Below are positions 18,092-27,391 of a stretch of DNA of 64,000 bases, piece after piece. The notes beneath the pieces are model-generated. The model made no database searches and was not told the DNA's origin. It worked only from the letters and a program-made list of their open reading frames with translations. Made by a program: the position numbers and the translations under genes. This DNA is from a bacterium (lineage in GTDB: Bacteria; SM23-81; DAOVCL01), in the NCBI GenBank assembly GCA_029932675.1, contig JAOZPP010000005.1, positions 12,423-76,422 of the forward strand. Direction: 5' to 3'. Within the stretch, counting starts at the first letter, position 1. The number at the start of each line of letters is the position of its first letter.

Positions 18092-20134
18092 ATGATGCAG
18101 TCTCTTTATGCCGGTGTATCCGGGTTGAGGAACCATCTCACCAGGATGGATGTTATCGGCAACAACATAGCCAATGTGAATACCATAGGCTTTAAGGCGG
18201 GGAGGGTAACCTTCAAAGAGACTATGGCCGCCCTCCTGCGGGGAGCGACCAGGCCTACCTCTGACAAAGGAGGGGTTAACCCTATGCAGATAGGGTTGGG
18301 AATGGCCATTGGTTCAATCGATAACCTCTTTACTCAAGGGAGCTTGGAGACGACTGGGATCATTACCGATCTGGCCCTGCAGGGCGATGGCTTCTTTGTC
18401 CTCCGGGATGGGGAGAAGAGGTACTATACCAGAGCGGGCGCCTTTCGGGTGGATTCCCTGGGAAGGTTGGTCAACCCAGATGGTCTCATAGTCCAGGGGA
18501 GGATGGCTGATGCCTTGGGAACTATAGGATCGGGAACGGTGGTGGGGGATATAACCCTCCCCTTTGGGCAGAAGACAGCAGCCAAGGCTACATCGAGGAT
18601 AGGTTTTACCTGCAACCTGGATTCCAGGGAGAGCCCCTTGGGAGCGATCTTCGACTCCAAATCCCTCTTCGCCGTTGAGGATGGAAGCAGCGATATGAAT
18701 GGCCTCTATGCCAATGGTAATGCGGACAGTAGTTTATCCCTCACCCCAGGGGATACGGTTACAGTGCAGATAGGGACCGCAACGGCTACCTACACCTATG
18801 TGGATACGGACGCGGGAACCACCTCCGATGATTTCCATACCATCAATGACCTCATAGCCGAATTGAACAACGACTTCTCCAGCACCGTTACCGCGAGCAT
18901 AGATTCGGACGGGGCCATCAATATCCTCAATGGTTCAGGTGGGGATATTGTCTTGACCATCACCAGCTCCAATACCACCTTGCAGAGCGCACTGGGAGCA
19001 GGGAGTGGGGTAACCATTGCCGACGGCGAGTCCCATCTCACAGACCAGTTCTCCCATACGGCCACGGGGAGCGATCTTTTGGTCAACCTGAGGGATTCAG
19101 AGGGGAACAGCCTGGGACTGGGAGCAGGGGATGCAATTAGCATCAGCGGTTCCATTGCAGGAACGGGGATTGGGGCGAATAGCTTTACTGTGGGCACCCA
19201 TACCTTATCCGATCTGGCCACAGAGATCGAGGCTGACTTCGATAACTCCATCCCTGCAGGTGGCAATGATATAGCTGAGGTGGTCATCGACAGCGACGGC
19301 TCCATCAAGGTAGGGACTGTGGCTGGAGCCCCCTCCCAGATAACATCGGTTACCGTGAACTGCAGTGGGAAGGCCACCTTCAACACGGCGATGACCTTTA
19401 TGCAGACGCAGCAACCAACGACTGTCTCCCATTCCACCTCGATCACCGTCTATGACAGCCAAGGGGGGACGCATGTGATCACCTTTACCTTCACCAAAGA
19501 TGCCACCGCGGAAAACACCTGGAATTGGACAGCTTCTGTAGAGGAGCCAGCGACGGTGATCAGCGGCTACTCAGGGAAGATTGAGTTCAACTCCGATGGT
19601 TCCTTGAAGAGCTTCAGCTACGACACGGGCAGCAGTTTCAAGTTTGATCCAGGGACTGGTGCTGATAGCCCGGTGGAGATTAGCTTGGATCCCGGTGAAA
19701 TTGGTGGTTTCAATGGTATCACTCAGTTTGCTTCTTCCTCCACCACCATCGCCTCCAGCCAGGACGGATACGGAATGGGAACCTTGGACTCTATCTCCAT
19801 CGGTGAGGATGGAACGATCACTGGCTCCTTTACCAACGGGGTGTTGCGCACCTTGGCTCAGATATCACTTGCTTCCTTCAACAACCCGGAAGGACTGAAG
19901 AAAGCCGGGGATAACCTCTTTGAGGAGACCACCAACTCTGGGCTTCCCCTTATCGGTGCGGCTGGGACCACCGTCCACGCCACCATATCCTCCGGGGCAC
20001 TGGAGATGTCCAATGTAGACCTGGCTCAGGAATTCGTCAATATGATCGTCGCTCAAAGGGGATTTCAGGCCAACGCCCGTATTATTACTACCAGCGATGA
20101 TATGCTGCGGGAACTAGTCAACTTGAAGAGGTAA
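18092..20134 (+). CDS. flgE: Hook protein FlgE, long form (680 aa)
   Basis: GNNIANVNTIGFK, DLALQGDGFF, YTRAGAF, LEMSNVDL..QRGFQANA. Confidence 0.95.
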   Translation: MMQSLYAGVSGLRNHLTRMDVIGNNIANVNTIGFKAGRVTFKETMAALLRGATRPTSDKGGVNPMQIGLGMAIGSIDNLFTQGSLETTGIITDLALQGDGFFVLRDGEKRYYTRAGAFRVDSLGRLVNPDGLIVQGRMADALGTIGSGTVVGDITLPFGQKTAAKATSRIGFTCNLDSRESPLGAIFDSKSLFAVEDGSSDMNGLYANGNADSSLSLTPGDTVTVQIGTATATYTYVDTDAGTTSDDFHTINDLIAELNNDFSSTVTASIDSDGAINILNGSGGDIVLTITSSNTTLQSALGAGSGVTIADGESHLTDQFSHTATGSDLLVNLRDSEGNSLGLGAGDAISISGSIAGTGIGANSFTVGTHTLSDLATEIEADFDNSIPAGGNDIAEVVIDSDGSIKVGTVAGAPSQITSVTVNCSGKATFNTAMTFMQTQQPTTVSHSTSITVYDSQGGTHVITFTFTKDATAENTWNWTASVEEPATVISGYSGKIEFNSDGSLKSFSYDTGSSFKFDPGTGADSPVEISLDPGEIGGFNGITQFASSSTTIASSQDGYGMGTLDSISIGEDGTITGSFTNGVLRTLAQISLASFNNPEGLKKAGDNLFEETTNSGLPLIGAAGTTVHATISSGALEMSNVDLAQEFVNMIVAQRGFQANARIITTSDDMLRELVNLKR

Positions 20135-20212
20135 TTCCTTGGTATTAATGGGAGCCTAACCTTGATAGCCGCCTCCCCTCTCTGGGGGGCAACAAGCTAA
20201 ACTAAAGAAGAG

Positions 20213-21736
20213 ATGAAGATTCTCTATATCTGGGTTCTCCTATCCATTCCCCTTTTGTGCTCATCCTGTGCTAAAAAGCCGACTAAAGAGGAGAATCATC
20301 CACCGGTGATAAGCAAGCTTAAAGCAAGCCAATCGGCGGTTGACCTGCGCACCGATGTGATCATTACCGCGCAGGTTACTGATCAGGATGAGGATGTACT
20401 CAGTTCGGTTTGGGGGGCCAACTGGGGGGAGTTTAAGGCCACCTCCCTTGATTCGGCTATCTGGACTTCACCTTCCTCTCCAGTTATTGCCACCATTAGG
20501 TTAAGGGTCTCCGACGGAAATGGGGGGAGTGCCAGGGATAGCTTACAGATAATGGTGAGGAATAACCCACCCCAAATAATGGCCCTTACTGCCCCCATCT
20601 CCAATCTGACCTTGGGGGGAGAGACGGTGATCGGGTGCCAAGCTACGGACCCTGATGGGGATACCCTCAGCTATCAGTGGGAGAAGGATGGAGGGGAGTT
20701 CTCCCAGTTCTGGGGGGATTCCTGCAGATGGGTAGCCCCGGCTGCGGAGGGGGTCTATCAGATCAAGGTGAAGGTCTCTGACGGCAAGGGAGGGCAGGCC
20801 AGGGATAGCCTCCAATTGAATGTGTATAGCGAATCCGGATGCTGTTGGATATCCGATACGTTTAACGATCGCCTAGTGAAGGTCTCCCCTGGGGGCATAA
20901 TCCTCCTGCGGTTAAGTGGTTTCTCCCGACCAATGGGGTTGGCCGTCAACCCCGCAGAGGAGGTCTGCTGGGTAGCGGATACCTACAACGATCAGGTCCT
21001 TAAATTGAACTCTCAGGGGAAGAGTGAGGTTAAGGTGACTGGGTTCCAAGCCCCCAAGGCCCTCTCCTGTTTCTGGGTGGAAGGGTCCTGCTGGATAGCC
21101 GATTCTGGGGGAGATCGGGTAGTGAAAGTGGCTTATGATGGAGAGGAACTCCTTAGGGTGGGAGGGTTCAATTCTCCCCAATCTTTAGCCGTTGATGAGA
21201 GGGATGGAAGCTGTTGGGTAGCAGATACAGATGGGGACCGGGTGATTAGACTCTCTCCCTCCGTACCTGATGGGGCAAGGGTGGATAGCCTCTCCTCAGA
21301 CTATGCTATGATAGTAGGGGGATTGGGAGGCCCCATAGCTGTTTCCGTAGGAAGATTGGATGGCTCTTGTTGGGTTGCGGAGAGGGACTCCAACCAAGTG
21401 GCCAAGATCTCCCCCCAGGGGGAAGTTCAGCTACGGGTAAATGGTTTTCAGGCCCCTCAAGCAGTAAGCGTAAACTCTAAGGATGGAACTTGTTGGGTAG
21501 CAGATACTGGGGGAGATCGAGTGGTCAAGCTCTCCCCCTCGGGGGAGCTCCTTCTAAGGGTGGAGGGTGAGTTTCATCAACCCTATTCAGTAGCGGTCAA
21601 CCCCACCGATGGTTCCTGTTGGGTAGCAGACACCTATGGTTATCGGGTGGTGAAGCTTTCCCGGCAAGGAGAGGTTCTCTGCACCATAACTGGCCTCAAA
21701 GCCCCCCGGGTTATCTCCGTTAATCCAGGGCAATGA
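20213..21736 (+). CDS. Probable lipoprotein with two Ig/PKD-like domains and NHL-type beta-propeller
   Basis: Lipobox-like LLCSSC; two NxPPxI..DxDxDxL..VSDGxGG..DS repeats; seven CW[IV][AS][DE] blades; ATGA overlap with flbD. Confidence 0.8.
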   Translation: MKILYIWVLLSIPLLCSSCAKKPTKEENHPPVISKLKASQSAVDLRTDVIITAQVTDQDEDVLSSVWGANWGEFKATSLDSAIWTSPSSPVIATIRLRVSDGNGGSARDSLQIMVRNNPPQIMALTAPISNLTLGGETVIGCQATDPDGDTLSYQWEKDGGEFSQFWGDSCRWVAPAAEGVYQIKVKVSDGKGGQARDSLQLNVYSESGCCWISDTFNDRLVKVSPGGIILLRLSGFSRPMGLAVNPAEEVCWVADTYNDQVLKLNSQGKSEVKVTGFQAPKALSCFWVEGSCWIADSGGDRVVKVAYDGEELLRVGGFNSPQSLAVDERDGSCWVADTDGDRVIRLSPSVPDGARVDSLSSDYAMIVGGLGGPIAVSVGRLDGSCWVAERDSNQVAKISPQGEVQLRVNGFQAPQAVSVNSKDGTCWVADTGGDRVVKLSPSGELLLRVEGEFHQPYSVAVNPTDGSCWVADTYGYRVVKLSRQGEVLCTITGLKAPRVISVNPGQ

Positions 21737-21933
21737 TCCACCTGACCAGACTGAACGGCAAGCCGGTGGTGGTTAATGCGGAGCTTATAGAGACGATGGA
21801 AGCTACCCCGGACACCATCCTCACCCTCACTACGGGAAGGAGGATAATGGTAAAGGAGGATATGGAGGAGGTAGTGGAAAAGGTGAAGGAGTATTTAAGG
21901 GAGACTAGGGTATGGACATTACCACCTTCATAG
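21733..21933 (+). CDS. flbD: Flagellar protein FlbD (SwrD family)
   Basis: MIHLTRLNG..VNAELIE..TPDT. Confidence 0.9.
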   Translation: MIHLTRLNGKPVVVNAELIETMEATPDTILTLTTGRRIMVKEDMEEVVEKVKEYLRETRVWTLPPS

Positions 21934-22706
21934 GGATTATCAGCGGGGTCTTTGTCCTCATAGTAGCCATCTTTATGGGTGGTGGGTTGGCCATCTTCAT
22001 CAACGTCCCCTCGATGATGGTGGTAGTGGGTGGGACCTTTGCCGCCACCCTGATCAACTATCCACTGCCGGAGATGCTTAGGCTGATCAAGGTGGTGAAG
22101 AATGCCTTCCTCCATAAGGTGATCTCTCCGGTAGAGACCATCAACAAGTTGGTTTCTTTTGCCGAGATAGCCCGCAAGAACGGGATGCTTGCCTTGGATA
22201 AAGAGCTTAAGAGCATCGATGATAACTTCCTGCGGGAGGGGATGCAATTGGCCGTAGATGGGATGGACCCAGAGCTGATCAGAAATGTCTTGGAGGTGGA
22301 GAAAGCATTCTTAGAGGAGAGACACACGGTGGGTCAAGGGATCTGTAAGGCTATGGGGAAGTATGCCCCTGCCTTTGGTATGCTGGGGACCCTTATTGGA
22401 CTTATCCAGATGCTCAGATCCCTTGATGATCCAACCCAGATAGGGCCGGGGATGGCTGTTGCCTTGATTACCACCTTCTATGGGGCCTTGATGGCCAACC
22501 TTCTCTTCCTCCCCTTGGCCGGGAAGTTAGAGACCCTCTCTCAACAGGAGTTGCTCCTCAAGGAGCTGGCCGTAGAGGGGATACTGGCCATCCAGGCCGG
22601 GGATAGCCCCCGCATAGTGGAGCAGAAGCTGCGCGCCTTTTTGGCCCCCCATCTTCGGGCAGGGATAAAGAGGAAGAGGGCAGGGGAGGGCGAAGGTGGC
22701 GGTTAA
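21912..22706 (+). CDS. motA: Stator A subunit (PomA/MotP-like)
   Basis: APAFGMLGTLIGL, GMAVALITTFYG, EGILAIQAG. Confidence 0.95.
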   Translation: MDITTFIGIISGVFVLIVAIFMGGGLAIFINVPSMMVVVGGTFAATLINYPLPEMLRLIKVVKNAFLHKVISPVETINKLVSFAEIARKNGMLALDKELKSIDDNFLREGMQLAVDGMDPELIRNVLEVEKAFLEERHTVGQGICKAMGKYAPAFGMLGTLIGLIQMLRSLDDPTQIGPGMAVALITTFYGALMANLLFLPLAGKLETLSQQELLLKELAVEGILAIQAGDSPRIVEQKLRAFLAPHLRAGIKRKRAGEGEGGG

Positions 22707-23448
22707 GAAGAGGAAGAAACCGGCGGAGGAAGGGGCACCTGAATGGATGGTCACCTATGGAGATCTGATGACCTTACTGATGACCTTCTTTGTCCTGCTC
22801 TTCTCCTTCTCCTCCATTCAGGAGGCCAAGTTCAGGAATGCTATCGGTTCCTTGAAGGGGGCCTTGGGGGTGCTCTCCAAGAACCCTAAGGCGATGAGCC
22901 AGGTTAAGTCTGATGAGCGATTTATCCCCCAGAGGGATAGGAAGTTGATGAGGGCCTTGAAACAGGTGAGGAAGCTCTCCCAGGAGGGGAGGTTCAAGGG
23001 ACAGATAAAACTGGTAAAGACGGAGAAAGGGTGGTTGGTGAGCATCTCCAATCCAGTGATGTTTGAGATCGGCAAGGCAGAGATCAAACCACCTCTCTAC
23101 CCTGTTTTAGACAAGATAGCGGAGATAATTAGGGTCAAGCCAATGGAAGTGCGAGTAGTGGGCCATACCTGCGATCTTCCTATCCACACCAGCCAGTTCC
23201 CCTCCAACTGGGAACTCTCGGCGACAAGGGCAGTGAATGTGGTCAAATACTTTGAGTCCAAGGGGATTCCAGGGGCTAAATTTGCCGCGGTGGGGAGGTC
23301 CAAATACTCCCCCATCGTTCCCAACGATTCGGAAAAACATAGAAGGTTAAATCGGAGGGTGGAGATATACTTGGATTACATTAACCCTCCCCTAAAGCCA
23401 GTAGAACCGCTTACCCCTATCTCCCCATCAGGAAAGGAGGAGAGCTAA
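22696..23448 (+). CDS. motB: Stator B subunit (PomB/MotS-like)
   Basis: WMVTYGDLMTLLMTFFVLLFS; OmpA-like GHT..SNWELS..RA..NRRVEI. Confidence 0.95.
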   Translation: MAVKKRKKPAEEGAPEWMVTYGDLMTLLMTFFVLLFSFSSIQEAKFRNAIGSLKGALGVLSKNPKAMSQVKSDERFIPQRDRKLMRALKQVRKLSQEGRFKGQIKLVKTEKGWLVSISNPVMFEIGKAEIKPPLYPVLDKIAEIIRVKPMEVRVVGHTCDLPIHTSQFPSNWELSATRAVNVVKYFESKGIPGAKFAAVGRSKYSPIVPNDSEKHRRLNRRVEIYLDYINPPLKPVEPLTPISPSGKEES

Positions 23449-24026
23449 TGGCAGCAAAGAAGAAAGAACCAGTAAAGGAGGGGAAGGAATCCCCTCCTCT
23501 CCAGGAGCCTGTTGAGCCCAAGGACCAGCCCAAAAAGGGGTTTATGTCGGGCAAGTTAAAAAAAGTGGCCTTCCCTCTGATCGTAGTCATCCTTTCCTAT
23601 GTTGTGGTAACTAAAGTAATTTCCCCAAAGCTATTGGCGGAGAAGAAGGAATTGGAGAAGAAGAAGAAATTGGAGCTAAAAGGAGAAGAGGAGAAACCCA
23701 AGGATAAGTCTCCAGATAAGATGATCGGGCAGGTTTATACCATCTCTGACATAATAGTCAACCCAGCAGGCTCCAATGGGGAGAGGTTCGTCAAAACCTC
23801 TATAGCCCTGGAGATAGAGGGGGCTAAACTTACCGAGGAACTGACCAAGAGGGATGTCCAACTCAGGGATATATTGATTGGTATCTTCACCAGCAAAACG
23901 ATTGGGGAACTTACCAATCCGGCGAGGAGAGAGGATCTGAGGAGAGAGGTTAAGGAGAAGATAAACTCACTTCTGGTATCCGGAAAGATAAAGAATGTTT
24001 ACTTCACTGATCTGGTGATCCAATAA
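23448..24026 (+). CDS. fliL: Stator-associated protein FliL
   Basis: TM, IIVNP, LRDIL, VYFTDLVIQ. Confidence 0.9.
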   Translation: MAAKKKEPVKEGKESPPLQEPVEPKDQPKKGFMSGKLKKVAFPLIVVILSYVVVTKVISPKLLAEKKELEKKKKLELKGEEEKPKDKSPDKMIGQVYTISDIIVNPAGSNGERFVKTSIALEIEGAKLTEELTKRDVQLRDILIGIFTSKTIGELTNPARREDLRREVKEKINSLLVSGKIKNVYFTDLVIQ

Positions 24027-24049
24027 CTTGCAGCAACCATGGAGTCCTA

Positions 24050-24111
24050 TACAATTAGCAATTAACAAGTTAGCTGAACCGGAGGCCATTTTCCATTGCT
24101 AATTGATCGTT
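24050..24111. repeat. Intergenic element, inverted copy at 28189-28260
   Basis: CATTTTCCATTGCTAATTGATCGTT is the reverse complement (1 mismatch) of AACGATCAATTATCAATGGAAAATG at 28189. Confidence 0.65.
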
Positions 24112-24148
24112 TCCCTATCAATCCGTGGTTATCATTAAGGAAGGAGCG

Positions 24149-25204
24149 ATGCCTGGTATCCTATCCCAAGAAGAGATAGATCAGTTAGTCTCCTCGGTGG
24201 CTAAGGGAAAGACTGAAGAGAAGAGGCCGTTTGGTGCGAGGAAAAAAGCGATTCCCTATGATTTTCGTCAACAGAACATCATCCCTAAGGCCTCGCTGCA
24301 TGCTATAAAGAGCCTCCACACCGATTTTGCCAAGTCGCTGAGTATTTTTCTCCTGCGGACGGTGAAGAATGAACTGGGGGTGAAGTTGGCCACGGTCAAT
24401 TCCCTTCCCTTGGGGGAGTTTATCAAGTCTCGTGCCAACCCTACCTATCTCAGCTTAGTGAGGCTTAAACCCTATAATGGTGAGTTAATCATAGATATCT
24501 CCCCTAATCTGGTTTTCCTTTTAGTCGATCTCCTCTTCGGAGGGACAGGCAGTCCCCCACCGGCAAATGGGGTAATTACCCATATGGAGAAGAAGTTTAT
24601 GAGAAAATTGGTGGAGGGGATGCTCAGTGAGTTCAAAGCGATCTGGGAAAAGGTAACCCCCTTTCATCCGAGGATAGAAACCGAAGGAACAGACCCCGCC
24701 ATTGCCGGTTCACCCTCCGACTTGGAGAATGCGATGATGGTGACCTATGAGTTGACCCTGGGGGAGGGTTCAGAGGGTCATCTCCCCTTAAGCTTCTGCT
24801 ACACTGCTAAGCTTCTTAAATCGCTGGTAGCTGTCTTGGGACAGAAAAAGGTAGGGGAGGGGGAACTGCCCCCAAGAGAGGAGGCTCAGACCGAGGAGTT
24901 GCTGAAGAGTTTGAGTCAAGTGGAAATGCCTGTGTCCGTAGAGCTTGGCAGGACCCTTCTGACCATCAGGGATTTGATTGGCCTTCAGATAGGGGATGTC
25001 ATTCGGTTAGACAATTACATAGATGATGAGTTGAAAGTCGAGGTTGAGGACAGAGCGAAGTTCCTGGCCCGGCCAGGGGCTTATCGAGGGAGGAAGGCGG
25101 TGATAATATCTTCAATCTTTAAGGAAGGAGAGGTGAGAAATGGCCAGCAAAAAGGGAAAGGTGAACCCCCAGCCGACGGAGGAAGAGGCCCCAAAGGCGG
25201 GTAA
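24149..25204 (+). CDS. fliM: Motor switch protein FliM
   Basis: LSQEEIDQLV CheY-binding motif, YDFR, C-terminal SPOA (LQIGDVIRL); start set at ATG 24149 behind AAGGAG. Confidence 0.9.
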   Translation: MPGILSQEEIDQLVSSVAKGKTEEKRPFGARKKAIPYDFRQQNIIPKASLHAIKSLHTDFAKSLSIFLLRTVKNELGVKLATVNSLPLGEFIKSRANPTYLSLVRLKPYNGELIIDISPNLVFLLVDLLFGGTGSPPPANGVITHMEKKFMRKLVEGMLSEFKAIWEKVTPFHPRIETEGTDPAIAGSPSDLENAMMVTYELTLGEGSEGHLPLSFCYTAKLLKSLVAVLGQKKVGEGELPPREEAQTEELLKSLSQVEMPVSVELGRTLLTIRDLIGLQIGDVIRLDNYIDDELKVEVEDRAKFLARPGAYRGRKAVIISSIFKEGEVRNGQQKGKGEPPADGGRGPKGG

Positions 25205-25676
25205 GGGTCCAGAGGAGGAGGAAATCACCGAGGAGGCATCAACTGATAGGGCGGCGGTGGAGGATCAAGCCACTATAGATCAACCAGACCCGGATGCCAA
25301 TCTAAAGTGGCCAGAGGAGGAGAACCCTTCTGGAGAGGGGAAACCCACTGAGGAAGAAGTGGTAATCCAAGATGCCCAATTTGATCAGATTAAGCCCCCC
25401 CAGTCTACTGGTAAGGGTAACAACATAGATCTCCTTCTCGATGTCAATCTCCCCATCTCGGTGCAATTAGGAAAGACATCGATGACCATCCAGGAGCTTT
25501 TAGAGATTAGCCCTGGTTCGGTGATTGAGCTGGACAAGATGGTAGGTAGCCCGGTGGAGATTTTGGCCAATGACAAAACTATAGCCCAAGGTGAGGTAGT
25601 GGTGGTTGATGAGAATTTCGGGGTAAGGATAACCTCTCTCCTTAGCCCGGCGGAAAGGATAAAGAGCCTCAGATGA
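25140..25676 (+). CDS. fliN: Motor switch protein FliN with acidic N-terminal extension
   Basis: IDLLLDV, GSVIELDK, GEVVVVDENFGVRI. Confidence 0.95.
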   Translation: MASKKGKVNPQPTEEEAPKAGKGPEEEEITEEASTDRAAVEDQATIDQPDPDANLKWPEEENPSGEGKPTEEEVVIQDAQFDQIKPPQSTGKGNNIDLLLDVNLPISVQLGKTSMTIQELLEISPGSVIELDKMVGSPVEILANDKTIAQGEVVVVDENFGVRITSLLSPAERIKSLR

Positions 25677-26218
25677 AGGTTTTCCTCCTTATAAGCTCAA
25701 TTCTGAACCAGCAAGGTCCAGCCCTCCCCTTCTCCTATCAGGAGCCAACCCCCCTCTCCCCGGGGAGCTTCTGGAACCTGGCCGGGAAGACCATTGGCTC
25801 GCTCTTCCTTGTCTTGGGATTAATCGTTTTGTTCATATTCTTTTTGAAGAGGCTTAATCTCCGCGGCCCGTTAACTGGTTCCCACTCGAATATAGTGAAG
25901 GTCATCTCTCATCAGACCCTTCTTCCCAAGAGATCCCTCTACCTGGTCAAGGTGGCCGAGAAGTTCCTCGTGTTGGGGGTGAGCCCCTCCGGAATAAACC
26001 TGATAACCGAACTGGAGGATGGGTTGGAAGCAGAATTGCAGGGTCAGAATAATCTCAGCGGATTTTCCCAGCAGTTGGATAGGTTCCTCTCTAAATTCAA
26101 GGGTAGAACATCCTTAAAGATGATGACCTCTCTGCAATCTGAATTTCAGGGGAACCTGAGGAAGATACGAGAGAGGATTGGTAATTTGGAGAAGCTTGTC
26201 AACTCCAGTTTGCAGTAG
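25673..26218 (+). CDS. fliO: Export protein FliO/FliZ
   Basis: TM plus LPKRSLYLVKV..LVLGV; between fliN and fliP. Confidence 0.85.
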   Translation: MKVFLLISSILNQQGPALPFSYQEPTPLSPGSFWNLAGKTIGSLFLVLGLIVLFIFFLKRLNLRGPLTGSHSNIVKVISHQTLLPKRSLYLVKVAEKFLVLGVSPSGINLITELEDGLEAELQGQNNLSGFSQQLDRFLSKFKGRTSLKMMTSLQSEFQGNLRKIRERIGNLEKLVNSSLQ

Positions 26219-26348
26219 GGGGGAAGGTGTTGTCATTAATATGGACTATCGCTCCCCTGGTGCTCCGCAAGGTCTTATTAACCAATTGGAGACTCCCTGA
26301 AGAGTAGATGGTGAGGGAAGGTAAAAATGATTTAAGGAGGTTTAAATC

Positions 26349-27107
26349 TTGAGAAATAAAAATTTACGACTTAAATCAATCCTCTTGCCGGGGCTTCTTC
26401 CGGTGATCCCCCTGTTGCTTCTCCTCTCCCCTCGGGCAGATGCGTTTCCTCTTCCCTCCCTTGGAGGAGGGAACCCCCAGAACCTCTCCACCGCCATCCA
26501 GATACTCCTTCTGCTCACCGTTATCTCCTTGGCCCCGGCCATTCTGGTTACCTTAACCTCCTTTACTCGGATTATCATCGTCTTCTCCCTGCTGAGGCGA
26601 TCTATGGGAACAATGCAGATGCCTCCCAACCAGGTTATGATTGGTTTGGCCCTCTTTCTCACCTTCTTCATAATGGCCCCAGTCTTTACTCAGATAAACG
26701 ACCAAGCATTGAAGCCATTTATGGCAAAGGAGATAAGCACCCAAGAAGCCTATGAAAGGGGGGTTCAACCACTGAGGGATTTTATGCTCAGACAGACAAG
26801 GGAGAAGGACCTAGCCCTCTTTGTCCATTTTGCTAAATTGGAAAGGCCAAAGGGGCCGTCCGATCTTCCCACTTATGTGATCATCCCTGCCTTTGTGATC
26901 AGTGAACTGAAGACTGCTTTCCAGATGGGGTTCCTCATGTATCTACCCTTCCTGATCATTGATATGGTGGTGGCCTCTGTGTTAATGTCAATGGGGATGC
27001 TGATGCTTCCTCCGATAATGATCTCCCTTCCCTTCAAGATCTTGCTCTTTGTAATGGTGGATGGATGGAACTTAGTAGTTAGATCTTTGGTGATGAGCTT
27101 TCGCTAA
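26349..27107 (+). CDS. fliP: Export gate FliP
   Basis: TSFTRIIIV, PPNQV, PAFVISELK, LPFKILLFV.VDGW. Confidence 0.97.
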   Translation: MRNKNLRLKSILLPGLLPVIPLLLLLSPRADAFPLPSLGGGNPQNLSTAIQILLLLTVISLAPAILVTLTSFTRIIIVFSLLRRSMGTMQMPPNQVMIGLALFLTFFIMAPVFTQINDQALKPFMAKEISTQEAYERGVQPLRDFMLRQTREKDLALFVHFAKLERPKGPSDLPTYVIIPAFVISELKTAFQMGFLMYLPFLIIDMVVASVLMSMGMLMLPPIMISLPFKILLFVMVDGWNLVVRSLVMSFR

Positions 27108-27121
27108 GGAGGGATAAGCAG

Positions 27122-27391
27122 ATGAGTCCAGAGACGTTCCTCTCCCTCTTCCGGGAGACCTTGATTACCACCCTTCTGGTGGCCGGTCCAATGCTTTTGT
27201 CCGGTCTGGTAGCCGGCCTGTTAGTCAGTATATTTCAGGCGGTAACATCGATTCATGAAATGACCCTTACCTTCATTCCCAAGATATTGGCTGTAGCCTT
27301 GGCCCTGATTATCTTTCTCCCCTGGATGATAGCTAAACTACTGGACTTCACCTCCAATCTCCTCATTAACCTCCTCTCCTATATAGGTTGA
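27122..27391 (+). CDS. fliQ: Export gate FliQ
   Basis: QAVTSIHEMTLTFIPK. Confidence 0.97.
   Translation: MSPETFLSLFRETLITTLLVAGPMLLSGLVAGLLVSIFQAVTSIHEMTLTFIPKILAVALALIIFLPWMIAKLLDFTSNLLINLLSYIG

Noticed and set aside
20820..21720. Recurring TGYTGGGTAGCAGATAC-like DNA motif at regular spacing, CRISPR-like at first sight
   Set aside because: In-frame CWVADT propeller blades with synonymous variation; no cas genes
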